Notes: generated by a model from the letters alone, not told the origin. A DNA stretch of 45,224 bases from an uncultured Parasutterella sp. (GCA_947625105.1 CANQMZ010000001.1:1-45224); one strand, 5' to 3'. Shown: positions 20,324 through 28,712, counted from the first letter of the stretch. Translations and numbers: made by a program.

Positions 20324-20932
20324 CTAATTTTTACAGAGCTCGAGCAGTTTCTTTTCTGCTCGTAAGTAAGTGGGCAAGGTTTTTGCGACTGTCAATAACA
20401 CCTGATTGTCTGTTCTTGTCAAGATCGATTGGCAAACAATGTTGGCCAATGGAATGAGGTGCTCATTGAGGAAATTTGCAACTTCCCCTGCCACCGCTTT
20501 CTGTTCAACTAGAAGGGAGACAAAGGCCAACTCCACAGAAATAGAGTCCGCCTGCATTTCGTAGCTGTCCTCAACGCTAAATCCCTTTGCTCGATAGACG
20601 TTTTTCACGGATGCATAGGCCTTTTGGCATAAAAGGTGATGTTCATCAAAGTGGGCTGATTCCGAAAGTGGAATGGTTTCTTTGCCTACGCCATAAAAAA
20701 GCTTTGAGAACTCTACTTCAAGCTGTTGTGTGTTTATGTTAGCGGGGAGGTCCGCTGGTTTTTCCCAGGCTAGACCAACTTCTTTAGCCTCTTCTTCAGT
20801 TAATTGCATAACAGCGTTTAGAAGAGATAAAGAATCGTTTTTGCGGTTTTGGTCAAAAAAGCCGCCAAAAAAAAGATAGGTTCTTGCACGAGCTTCCCGA
20901 AGTTCATCAAGTGTTTTTTGAGGGTTGGTCAT
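20324..20932 (-). CDS. TorD/DmsD-family redox enzyme maturation chaperone
   Basis: EFSKLFYG..IPLSES, degenerate E..DH motif (EMQADSISVELAF), FLNEHL; directly downstream of the molybdoenzyme/Fe-S genes. Confidence 0.8.
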   Translation of the reverse strand: MTNPQKTLDELREARARTYLFFGGFFDQNRKNDSLSLLNAVMQLTEEEAKEVGLAWEKPADLPANINTQQLEVEFSKLFYGVGKETIPLSESAHFDEHHLLCQKAYASVKNVYRAKGFSVEDSYEMQADSISVELAFVSLLVEQKAVAGEVANFLNEHLIPLANIVCQSILTRTDNQVLLTVAKTLPTYLRAEKKLLELCKN

Positions 20933-20952
20933 ATTTCTTGCCGTAGATGAGA

Positions 20953-20995
20953 TAAAAATAAGCCTCCCGTGGCCTAAAAAGCTACGGAAGGCTTA
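20953..20995 (-). terminator. Terminator-like hairpin between the Fe-S gene and torD
   Basis: Minus strand TAAGCCTTCCGTAGC...GCCACGGGAGGCTTA followed by TTTTT. Confidence 0.65.
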
Positions 20996-21005
20996 AAACA
21001 ACATA

Positions 21006-21644
21006 CTAGTGGGTCATCTTGTCAGCCAATTTGGCGATATCCATATGGCTGGCGTAATAACGAACCTTAGGCTTGGTTCCTGCAGCCTCATTCATAGCCA
21101 CAGATTTTTCAGCCATAGGTTTGATCTTTTCGTCGAGGTTATCCCAATCAACGAAATTCAAAGCCCCAACTGCGCAAGCACGGACGCATGCCGGAATCTG
21201 ACCTTCATTAGTCAGATGTACGCAAAGCGTGCAACGTTCGGCTTTCCCGGGCTGACGTTTTTGGTAGGGCTGAAGTGGAATGACCACAAGCTCCGGTTTA
21301 TCGTAGTAGCTGGTCTTACCGCTGGTATTGAATTGCGGAACACCGTATGGGCAGGCTTGCAAGCATGCCTGGCATCCGATGCACTTATCCTGATTGACCA
21401 ACACTTCACCGTGAGGACCAACATAAATAGCCTTGGCGGGACAAACCGGCAAGCAAGCCGGATTGTCGCAGTGCTGGCAACTTACACGGTAGTAGTTGAT
21501 GATTTTCTCGACTGGATTTTCATTACGGTGGATCTGATTCCACTGAATGCCAGGAGCCACCTGATTCTCCTGTTTACAGGCAACGAAACAGGCCTGACAA
21601 CCTACACAGTTGTCGACATTGACTAAGATTCCATATCTACTCAT
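21006..21644 (-). CDS. Four-cluster [4Fe-4S] electron-transfer subunit (DmsB/PsrB-like)
   Basis: CVGCQACFVAC, CQHCDNPACLPVCP, CIGCQACLQACP, CTLC...PACVRAC; no signal peptide. Confidence 0.93.
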   Translation of the reverse strand: MSRYGILVNVDNCVGCQACFVACKQENQVAPGIQWNQIHRNENPVEKIINYYRVSCQHCDNPACLPVCPAKAIYVGPHGEVLVNQDKCIGCQACLQACPYGVPQFNTSGKTSYYDKPELVVIPLQPYQKRQPGKAERCTLCVHLTNEGQIPACVRACAVGALNFVDWDNLDEKIKPMAEKSVAMNEAAGTKPKVRYYASHMDIAKLADKMTH

Positions 21645-21646
21645 GG

Positions 21647-23857
21647 TTAGGCCTCCTTCGTGATTTCAACAACGGTCTCGAAATAGGGCGCATAGCCAGA
21701 CAATTTATCGAATTCGCGCGGTATCAGAACCTGCGAATTTTGATTTCCTCTCCAGCCATATTGCATGCCAGCTGTGCCAGGAGGCACGATGATGGAAACA
21801 CGGGCCTTGGCATGAGCCTCACCGTACTGGTTGCGGATGACAATCTTGTCACCTTCCTTAATACCCCGTTTTTCTGCGTCAACCGGGTTGATATCAACGG
21901 TAGACATCGGCTCGATTTCAAGCAAATATGGAGAATCGGAACGGGTCTTGGAGTGAGTGATGTAGGCGCAGCGAGTGCCGTTGATCAGTTTGATCGGGTA
22001 CTTGTCTGTAGGTTGCCACGGTTCCATATAAACAGGAATCGTGCCCAGGTTGTACATCTTGGTGATGTTTGAAGAAAGCTCAATCTTGCCGCTCGGGGTC
22101 GGGAATCCCGGCTTGCCGTCAGCTCTCAAGAGGCCTTTTTCATACTTGAACGGTTCTTGTTTCTGGCTCTTGACCTCGGTAAGGTTCGGAAGATTCTTCT
22201 GAGCCTCAGCGTAGGTAGTGCCCCACTTGGTGAGCATGGAATCGCAAGCCTTAACTGGATCGCCATCAAAGAAGTGTTTCGGATCATCCACAATGCATCC
22301 GAGGTTCAAAGCGATCCACCAGTCTTCCTTACACTCGCCCAACGGTTTAAGCGGTTTTCTTACTGCAACTTTGTTACCGTGGTTACCGAACGGAGCATAA
22401 CGCTCGTAGTTCATGGCGGCAGGAAGAATGATGTCCATATCGCGATGGCTGATATCACGATAGAAATAATCAGTTGCACAGGCGAAGTCCATATTCTTAA
22501 TGGCTTCCGCATAAAGCTGCGGCTGCGGCCAAATCATGACGTTAAAGCCAAAAGCAACCAAGGCTTTGAGCTTGCCATTTTTCACATGTTCAGGTAGCTG
22601 GTTAGGGTTGAACTGAACTTGAGTGTGGTTCCAAACAGGAACAAAGTCTTTGTCTAATCTGTCTTTCTTGTGGGACTCGAACCATGCGTAATCTACGAAG
22701 TCCTTGGTCAAGCCGTTATCATGGACGATGTAACCCTCAGGACCAACGCCGAACATGGCTCCACCCGGGCAGTCAATGTAGCCAAGGATGGCAGGGATGC
22801 ACAAAAGGGCGCGTGCGTTATTCACGCCATTTCTTGTATGAGACAGTGATTGAGAAGTGAGAGCGTAGCTTCCTGGACCTTGTGCATACATTCTTGCGGC
22901 ATCAACCACGAGTTTGGCTGGAACGCCAGTAAGTTTTTCAGTAACTTCGGGAGTGAAGTCCTTGCAGTAGTTGCGGTATTCTTCAACGCCGTGAACCCAC
23001 TTGTCGCAGAAGTCCTTGTTGTAAAGACCTTCCTCAAACAATACGCGGCAGATACCCGCAGCAAGTGCGGCATCGGTTCCCTGACGTGGCTGCAAATGGA
23101 TGTCAGCAACTTCGGCTGTCTTGGTACGACGGGAGTCAACAACGATGATTTTTACGCCGCGTTTCTTGGCGCCGCGGACCATGTTAATCCAACCAAGAGG
23201 CTTACTCCAAGCGCCATTGGTGGCCATGATCATATAGGTTTTTGTCTTCGGACCGGCTCCACCGCCAGCGTTTTCTGCGCCGAAGACTAATTCTTCAGCA
23301 AGCAAGCAGCCTTTGCGACATGCGATAGAGCTTTCTGTTCCGTAGTGCCATGAACCGAAGTAACGGGCTAAACGCATAGCTGCGGGTCTTGGTTCTTTTG
23401 GGTCACCAGTTAAGAAGAAAACGTACTCGGGACCGTATTTGTCACGAATCTTTTCAATATTAGCGGCGATGGTGGCAAGAGCTTCTTTCCAAGAAATACG
23501 AACAAAACCTGGGTCGGCACTGCCTTTTGGGTTGGTCCGCTTCATTGGATAGAGCAAGCGGTTAGGGTTGTAAAGTCTTTGTTGAGTAGCTAGGGCTTTG
23601 CTGCAGAGCACTTTCTGGGCGTGTTCTTTCCAGTTGCTGATGGAGACTAAGCGGTTGCCCTGATGAACAAACTTGATGCCACACATAGGCATCTGATTGC
23701 AGTTATCGCAGATGGTATAGCCAACTTCTAATGGCTCTGCCTGCTCGGCTGCTCCAGCTGCTTTGACAAAGAAGGAGCTGGTGGCACTGGCGACAGGCAC
23801 AGTACTAAAGGCTTTCAGAAGACCACGACGCGACAATGAAATATCTGAAACTGCCAT
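21647..23857 (-). CDS. Tat-exported Mo/W-bisPGD oxidoreductase (DMSO reductase superfamily) of unknown substrate
   Basis: SRRGLLK Tat motif; C-x2-C-x5-C...CSK Fe-S motif; NPNRLLYPMKR, RISW.EAL, VVDSRRTKTA, GTDAALA, DIILPA; C-terminal molydopterin-dinucleotide domain (INPVDA..RGI.EGD). Confidence 0.92.
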   Translation of the reverse strand: MAVSDISLSRRGLLKAFSTVPVASATSSFFVKAAGAAEQAEPLEVGYTICDNCNQMPMCGIKFVHQGNRLVSISNWKEHAQKVLCSKALATQQRLYNPNRLLYPMKRTNPKGSADPGFVRISWKEALATIAANIEKIRDKYGPEYVFFLTGDPKEPRPAAMRLARYFGSWHYGTESSIACRKGCLLAEELVFGAENAGGGAGPKTKTYMIMATNGAWSKPLGWINMVRGAKKRGVKIIVVDSRRTKTAEVADIHLQPRQGTDAALAAGICRVLFEEGLYNKDFCDKWVHGVEEYRNYCKDFTPEVTEKLTGVPAKLVVDAARMYAQGPGSYALTSQSLSHTRNGVNNARALLCIPAILGYIDCPGGAMFGVGPEGYIVHDNGLTKDFVDYAWFESHKKDRLDKDFVPVWNHTQVQFNPNQLPEHVKNGKLKALVAFGFNVMIWPQPQLYAEAIKNMDFACATDYFYRDISHRDMDIILPAAMNYERYAPFGNHGNKVAVRKPLKPLGECKEDWWIALNLGCIVDDPKHFFDGDPVKACDSMLTKWGTTYAEAQKNLPNLTEVKSQKQEPFKYEKGLLRADGKPGFPTPSGKIELSSNITKMYNLGTIPVYMEPWQPTDKYPIKLINGTRCAYITHSKTRSDSPYLLEIEPMSTVDINPVDAEKRGIKEGDKIVIRNQYGEAHAKARVSIIVPPGTAGMQYGWRGNQNSQVLIPREFDKLSGYAPYFETVVEITKEA

Positions 23858-24342
23858 GGAATATTCCTCGGGAAAGTAGTTTGTTATATGACTCCGTAAT
23901 TGGAGGTTAACCCTATCGTAATAATCAGATATCCAAAAGTGTATTGAGGAAAATACGGATAAATTCAGATGGGTGATAAATATTGGATTTGCCAGACCGT
24001 ATCAAAAATATCTAATTTGTTGCAAATAAAGCGCATGTTGTTTTGATAATAACATGTAGTAATAAAACAACGAATTTAATTCTTGCGTAAGAAATGATTT
24101 TTGAAGAAAATTTGGAGGATATCTTTTTAACACTAGAGTAAATATCAAAAAATACAAACAGATAGCCCATATAAGAGAACGATTAATAATCAAAAAGGGG
24201 TTATATCTTTTGGAGACTGAATATTTTTACCCACTTAGCAATAACCCTGTAATAACTTTAGTGCATCTTGCAACGAACTTACCCCTGAGTTTAAATTCTC
24301 GTCAAATTTTACTCATCCCCACTTTCAAGGAGTCCTTAAATA
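23858..24342. promoter_or_regulatory. AT-rich divergent control region shared by the molybdoenzyme operon and the porin
   Basis: 485-bp non-coding AT-rich gap; RBS-like GAGG (minus) and AAGGAG (plus); TACCCCT heptamer at 24280-24286. Confidence 0.6.
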
Positions 24343-25458
24343 ATGAAAAAGATTACTTTGGTTGCTTTAGTGGCAGCTGTATTTCCGCTCTCCGTACTAG
24401 CGGAACCTAACGTGACAATTTATGGTGGTGTTGACCTCGGTGTTTTGGGACAGAAAACTCACGGTGACTCAGCCACAGTTTCAATGGCCAATGGTTATTC
24501 GTATGCTTCAAGATTTGGTTTCCGCGGCACAGAAGACCTCGGAAACGGTTACTCGGTCGGTTTTATCTTGGAGCAAGGTTTTAAAGCCAATACGGGTGCT
24601 GTTGATCCCGCAGGAAATTTTGCTTTCTCTAGAGAAGCGAAACTCGGTTTCAATGGACCTTTCGGACAACTAGCATTTGGTCGTCTTGGCACCCTTGGTT
24701 TCTTCCAGTCAACAGGTATCATCAAGGGAAATGTTTTCGGAGTTACACCGAACAACGCGAGCTCATTCAACCGTCAGCGTCTTCTTTCCTTCGCACGTGT
24801 TGATAACGCTGTTTCTTATGTCACTCCTTCCTTTGGCGGTCTGACATTGCACTTCATGTACTCTAATGGAACTGCGGGCGATGAAGAAAAGTTCTCCAAA
24901 AATGCTCACTATTACGGTGTAGGTGCCAAGCTTACTCGTGGTGCTATTGATGGAAGTGCGATCTTTGAGGTCTACCAACAGAAGAATACGACTGCATGGT
25001 CATGGCCAATCCAAGACGTAAAACCCGCTGATGAAACAGACTCTCCCATTTATCACGCTACGATCGGTGGAAGCTATGATCTGAATTTTGTGAAACCTTT
25101 CGCAATTTACCAGTATAGCCACCAGTCGGATTATCTTGACCAGCACACTTTCGCATTGGGTGTATCTTCTCCAGTGGCAGGTGGTACAGTTAAGGCACAA
25201 GCCCGATTCATCTTTGGTGACTACCGTGGCAATACTAAGGCAGCCCTTAAAGCTGATGGACATGAAAACGATCCTGTAGAATGGACGCTTGCGGTCGGAT
25301 ACGACTATCCGTTCAGCAAGAACACGTACTTGTGGTCTTACGCCGGATATTCAGGAGCTGATAAGGTTTGGAAAGATCAGCCCTGCGGAGAAGGAAATGC
25401 GAACAACATTCTCTACAATGGATGGCAAGTTGGACTGGGTTTAGTTCATCGTTTCTAA
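24343..25458 (+). CDS. Gram-negative (betaproteobacterial-type) porin
   Basis: Signal peptide, VTIYGGVD, SRFGFRGTEDLGNG, YVTPSFGG, YDYPFSK, C-terminal GLVHRF. Confidence 0.93.
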   Translation: MKKITLVALVAAVFPLSVLAEPNVTIYGGVDLGVLGQKTHGDSATVSMANGYSYASRFGFRGTEDLGNGYSVGFILEQGFKANTGAVDPAGNFAFSREAKLGFNGPFGQLAFGRLGTLGFFQSTGIIKGNVFGVTPNNASSFNRQRLLSFARVDNAVSYVTPSFGGLTLHFMYSNGTAGDEEKFSKNAHYYGVGAKLTRGAIDGSAIFEVYQQKNTTAWSWPIQDVKPADETDSPIYHATIGGSYDLNFVKPFAIYQYSHQSDYLDQHTFALGVSSPVAGGTVKAQARFIFGDYRGNTKAALKADGHENDPVEWTLAVGYDYPFSKNTYLWSYAGYSGADKVWKDQPCGEGNANNILYNGWQVGLGLVHRF

Positions 25459-25493
25459 GCCGATACAAAACTCAAGAACTATAGTTTTTAGCG

Positions 25494-25520
25494 AGAGCCC
25501 GCCTAGGCGGGCTCTTCCTT
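25494..25520 (+). terminator. Hairpin after the porin
   Basis: Perfect 22-bp palindrome AGAGCCCGCCTAGGCGGGCTCT (25494-25515) with a weak pyrimidine tail. Confidence 0.6.
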
Positions 25521-25689
25521 ATCCAAACGAATTTTAATTTTCAAAAAATCGAGAGAGAAGATTAATACTGAAACATGAATGAATACTTTGCCCGCTTGCT
25601 CAAATGGACCTTAGATTATGATTGCAAGTATTAAGGAGGAGTACTCTTTTCCTTGGCTTAGAAATCCTTCGGTAATCAATTCTTTCAAG

Positions 25690-26007
25690 CTAATTTTCTG
25701 TGAGCCTTAAACCGACAACTCCCACCACAATGCAGGTAATGAATGCCATTTTCAAGAAGGGGATTGGTTCATGGAAACAAACATATCCGATCAGCGTAAT
25801 TATTACGATCCCGACACCGCCCCAAATGGCATAGGCCACGCCAAGAGAAATGGTCTTTAACGCTAACGATAAGAAATAAAAAGAAAAAAGATAGGAGAAA
25901 AAAGTCCCGAAAAGAGGCAGCAATGCGCTAAACCCATTTGTCAGCTTGAGAAAACTCGTCCCGCACACCTCACAGATTATGGCTAGTAGCAGGAATACCC
26001 AACTCAT
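25690..26007 (-). CDS. SMR-family small multidrug transporter (EmrE/Qac-like)
   Basis: 105 aa, four TMs, membrane Glu (AIICEV.GT..LK), AYAIW.GVG; AGGAG RBS. Confidence 0.9.
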   Translation of the reverse strand: MSWVFLLLAIICEVCGTSFLKLTNGFSALLPLFGTFFSYLFSFYFLSLALKTISLGVAYAIWGGVGIVIITLIGYVCFHEPIPFLKMAFITCIVVGVVGLRLTEN

Positions 26008-26069
26008 AGTCTTCTCCTAATTCAAAAAAAAGTGTCTTAGCGGAGGGCAGCTATTTCATCCCGCCGCTT

Positions 26070-26921
26070 CTATTTTGTATCCCGCGGTAATCGGCAATCT
26101 CGTTGATTTTGGTCAAAGTATCCTGAGAGATTCACTTGAGGCGCAATCGTTACCGAAGAAAAATTTCCGTCTATAGACTTGACCAACTCTAAGAGTTTTT
26201 GTCGGTGGATATCGGAAAGGTTTTCGAAATCCCTTTCAAGAATATGCAAAGTAAACGCAGAGGGAGCTGTTTTACGCAGGCGGAAAGCGAGAGGCGATAA
26301 GTGATTTTTATTTAGATAGTCCCAAATTGCTGTTTCGGCCTTTCCCACTGCATTCATTTCCCGATCGACTATGAGTTGGTCATACGGAAAACGCGTAAGA
26401 ATACATGGCCGACTTGGTTGGTCAACGTTGTCTAAACCGATATTCCGTCCGATGTTCCGGATTTCTGGTTTACTGATTTGACAGTCTGCCAGCGGTGAGT
26501 GAATCCCGAGTTCCTGTAGTGCCTTTAATCCTGGTCGATACTGTGACAGATCCGAATGATTTGTTCCATCGCAAAGAGGTGATTCAGCAATCTTCAGCAG
26601 CTCCTGGAAGAGTCTCTTTTTACACCAGTAACATCGCTCATGACTGTTGTACGAAACTTCTTTTTGCTCAAGCGGATTCAGGTTAACAACCGTAATGGAA
26701 AAACCATGTTTTTCCGCCCATTTTTTAGCATTGCTAGTTTCCTCCGCAGTTATATGAGGACCGCTGACATGAATGAGGTGAGCTTTAAAACCTAAAAAAT
26801 TTGAGGCAAATGCCAGAAACCGACTGTCGAGTCCTCCCGAGAAAGCAATGGTCAGCTTCTTATTTGGAGCAATTTTGGCAAGTGCAGAGCGTAGCACTTC
26901 CAATTTTGGATGTTGTAACAT
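26070..26921 (-). CDS. larE: ATP-dependent sulfur insertase LarE (PP-loop)
   Basis: AFSGGLDS PP-loop, RCYWCK, DGTN.SDL..YRPG, SPL, PSRPCILTRFP. Confidence 0.9.
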   Translation of the reverse strand: MLQHPKLEVLRSALAKIAPNKKLTIAFSGGLDSRFLAFASNFLGFKAHLIHVSGPHITAEETSNAKKWAEKHGFSITVVNLNPLEQKEVSYNSHERCYWCKKRLFQELLKIAESPLCDGTNHSDLSQYRPGLKALQELGIHSPLADCQISKPEIRNIGRNIGLDNVDQPSRPCILTRFPYDQLIVDREMNAVGKAETAIWDYLNKNHLSPLAFRLRKTAPSAFTLHILERDFENLSDIHRQKLLELVKSIDGNFSSVTIAPQVNLSGYFDQNQRDCRLPRDTK

Positions 26922-27724
26922 TAATAACTCCTGCCAAGCGCAAAGGTGGCTCCGTTGGGAACACCCTCGTAAACGTAGGAACCGTAGACGGTTTCTATTT
27001 TTTCTATAGTCATCTCAGGCCAAGGACCAAATTTCGCACCGAGGGCTTTTAGTAATGCTATAGCCGTCGGCGTTATGGTTTCTCCATTGGCCTCAAAGGG
27101 ACGAACCGGAATTCCATCTAGCAAGGCTTTTACCGCCGGTGCGGGGCATGGAATAACACCATGCGCACAACGTATTTCACCATCGGCTAAAGGTAGAGGA
27201 CTAACGACGAGTTCGTCAATCTTGAGTTGCGTAAACAACTCGCAAGTAAAGAGAATATCCAAAATGCTGTCTAGCGCCCCAACTTCATGGAAGTGGACTT
27301 CTTCTACTGGTTTCCCATGAACCTTGGATTCCGCCAAGGCGACAAAGCAAAAAGCCTTATCGGCAAACTTTTTTGCCTTATCGGAAATTTCCGATTGCTC
27401 AATGATCTTTTGGATATCAGCGAGATTTCTGTGAGTATGTTCCTTCGGTAGGTCAATTTCACAATAGGAACCTCGTATGTGACCGATGTACTTGTCCACA
27501 CGTTTTAAAGTACCCTCCAAAGAGGGAAGAATGCCCCGCAGAATTTGATTGGCTTCTTCATCAGAGAGATCAAGCATGGAAAGAAGACCACATACAAACA
27601 TATCGCCAGCAATGCCCGAATGCAGCCGGATAGTTAAAATCCTCTTGTCGCAGGGGTATGTGTGTTGCGCACTGTGCTCGTGACCGTCAGGGTGGTCGTG
27701 GTGATGGTGTTCCGATTTTGTCAT
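26921..27724 (-). CDS. larC: Nickel insertion protein LarC, N-terminal domain only
   Basis: SGIAGDM, AE.KVHG...VHFHEVGALDSILD, CAHG..P.PAPA, GETITPT; His-rich N-terminus. Confidence 0.9.
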   Translation of the reverse strand: MTKSEHHHHDHPDGHEHSAQHTYPCDKRILTIRLHSGIAGDMFVCGLLSMLDLSDEEANQILRGILPSLEGTLKRVDKYIGHIRGSYCEIDLPKEHTHRNLADIQKIIEQSEISDKAKKFADKAFCFVALAESKVHGKPVEEVHFHEVGALDSILDILFTCELFTQLKIDELVVSPLPLADGEIRCAHGVIPCPAPAVKALLDGIPVRPFEANGETITPTAIALLKALGAKFGPWPEMTIEKIETVYGSYVYEGVPNGATFALGRSY

Positions 27725-28389
27725 GGTTGAATTGAACTAAACGTCATTAGTATCTTCGCAGCGAAACAAGCGGCCCCGTACCCGTTATCGATATTGACCA
27801 CTGAGATACCGGGGGCGCAAGACGAAAGCATACTCCTCAGAGCAGTTTTGCCCTTTTCACAAACTCCATAACCGATGGAGGTGGGTACCCCGATAATTGG
27901 GCGAGGTGTTAATCCGGCAAGAACGCTGACAAGGGCTCCTTCCATACCGGCGATGGCAATAATGACCTGACAGTCATTAATTTCAGCGAGTCTTGCTTGT
28001 AGTCTCCACAATCCTGCGACGCCACAGTCTTCAAAAACTTCTGTTCTGATCCCTAAATACTCCAGAGTTTTTGCAGCCTCCCAAGCAATATTGGCATCGG
28101 AAGTCCCTGCCGAGACAATGGCAACTTTTCCGTATATTTCCTGATTCAACGGTTGCCTGAAGGCAACACCCGCTGTCTCATCGTATCGGTATTGCTTCTG
28201 AAATTTCCTCTTGAGATCGTGGAAAATATCTGCTGCCAACCTTGTAAAGAGGACCGGCGGAGCACCTTCGCTAGAGAATTTCTCTAGTAACCCAAGGATG
28301 GTTTCCTTGGTCTTGCCTTCGCAGAATATCGCCTCAGGGATGCCCGTCCGCTCTCCCCTTTGATAATCAAAATTTACGTTCTGTTCCAT
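27721..28389 (-). CDS. larB: Nickel-pincer cofactor biosynthesis carboxylase/hydrolase LarB (ATG 28389; ORF track 28413)
   Basis: R.GIPEAIFCEGKT, SAGTSD, DCGVAGL.RL, AGMEGAL, VPTSIGYG, SCAPG..VVNIDNGYGAA. Confidence 0.93.
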   Translation of the reverse strand: MEQNVNFDYQRGERTGIPEAIFCEGKTKETILGLLEKFSSEGAPPVLFTRLAADIFHDLKRKFQKQYRYDETAGVAFRQPLNQEIYGKVAIVSAGTSDANIAWEAAKTLEYLGIRTEVFEDCGVAGLWRLQARLAEINDCQVIIAIAGMEGALVSVLAGLTPRPIIGVPTSIGYGVCEKGKTALRSMLSSCAPGISVVNIDNGYGAACFAAKILMTFSSIQP

Positions 28390-28712
28390 GGTATTGCTTT
28401 GAAAGTAACGCAACTATTTTAAATGTCTCTATTTTTCAGTTTTAAATCTCGTTCTAAGCATTGTGTCTTAAGTAACAGTACACGGGGGTGTGATTCAAGA
28501 TTAGCATGCAGCTATTGGTCAATAATGCTTTGATTAGTGAGGTTAGAAAAGAAAAAGGCGAAAGAAAAACAATTCCTAAAAAAGGGTATCTCCAGGATTA
28601 ATCTCACCCCGAAATTTCCCTTATAAACAGCCCAAAACTAAAAAATTTACTTGTATCAAAACGTAAAAAAGAGGATTATTACGCCGTCTTACTGACAATC
28701 TCGGGGATAAAT

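Noticed and set aside
23858-24000. Moco/Wco riboswitch before the molybdoenzyme
   Set aside because: The leader is short and AT-rich with no multi-stem structure that I could recognise
24002-24410. Small ORFs (63 and 66 aa) in the AT-rich spacer
   Set aside because: No RBS, low-complexity composition, and one overlaps the porin out of frame
26008-26069. Possible guanidine riboswitch upstream of the SMR gene
   Set aside because: No ACGR tetraloop pair or ykkC-type consensus, and the protein looks Qac/EmrE-like rather than Gdx
26921-27000. Programmed frameshift extending larC
   Set aside because: larE begins at the larC stop, leaving no space for a larC2 frame
28573-28588. Degenerate NarL 7-2-7 site (TTCCTAA-aa-AAGGGTA) between larB and dcuB
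   Set aside because: Three mismatches in AT-rich DNA; not distinguishable from chance without a motif model
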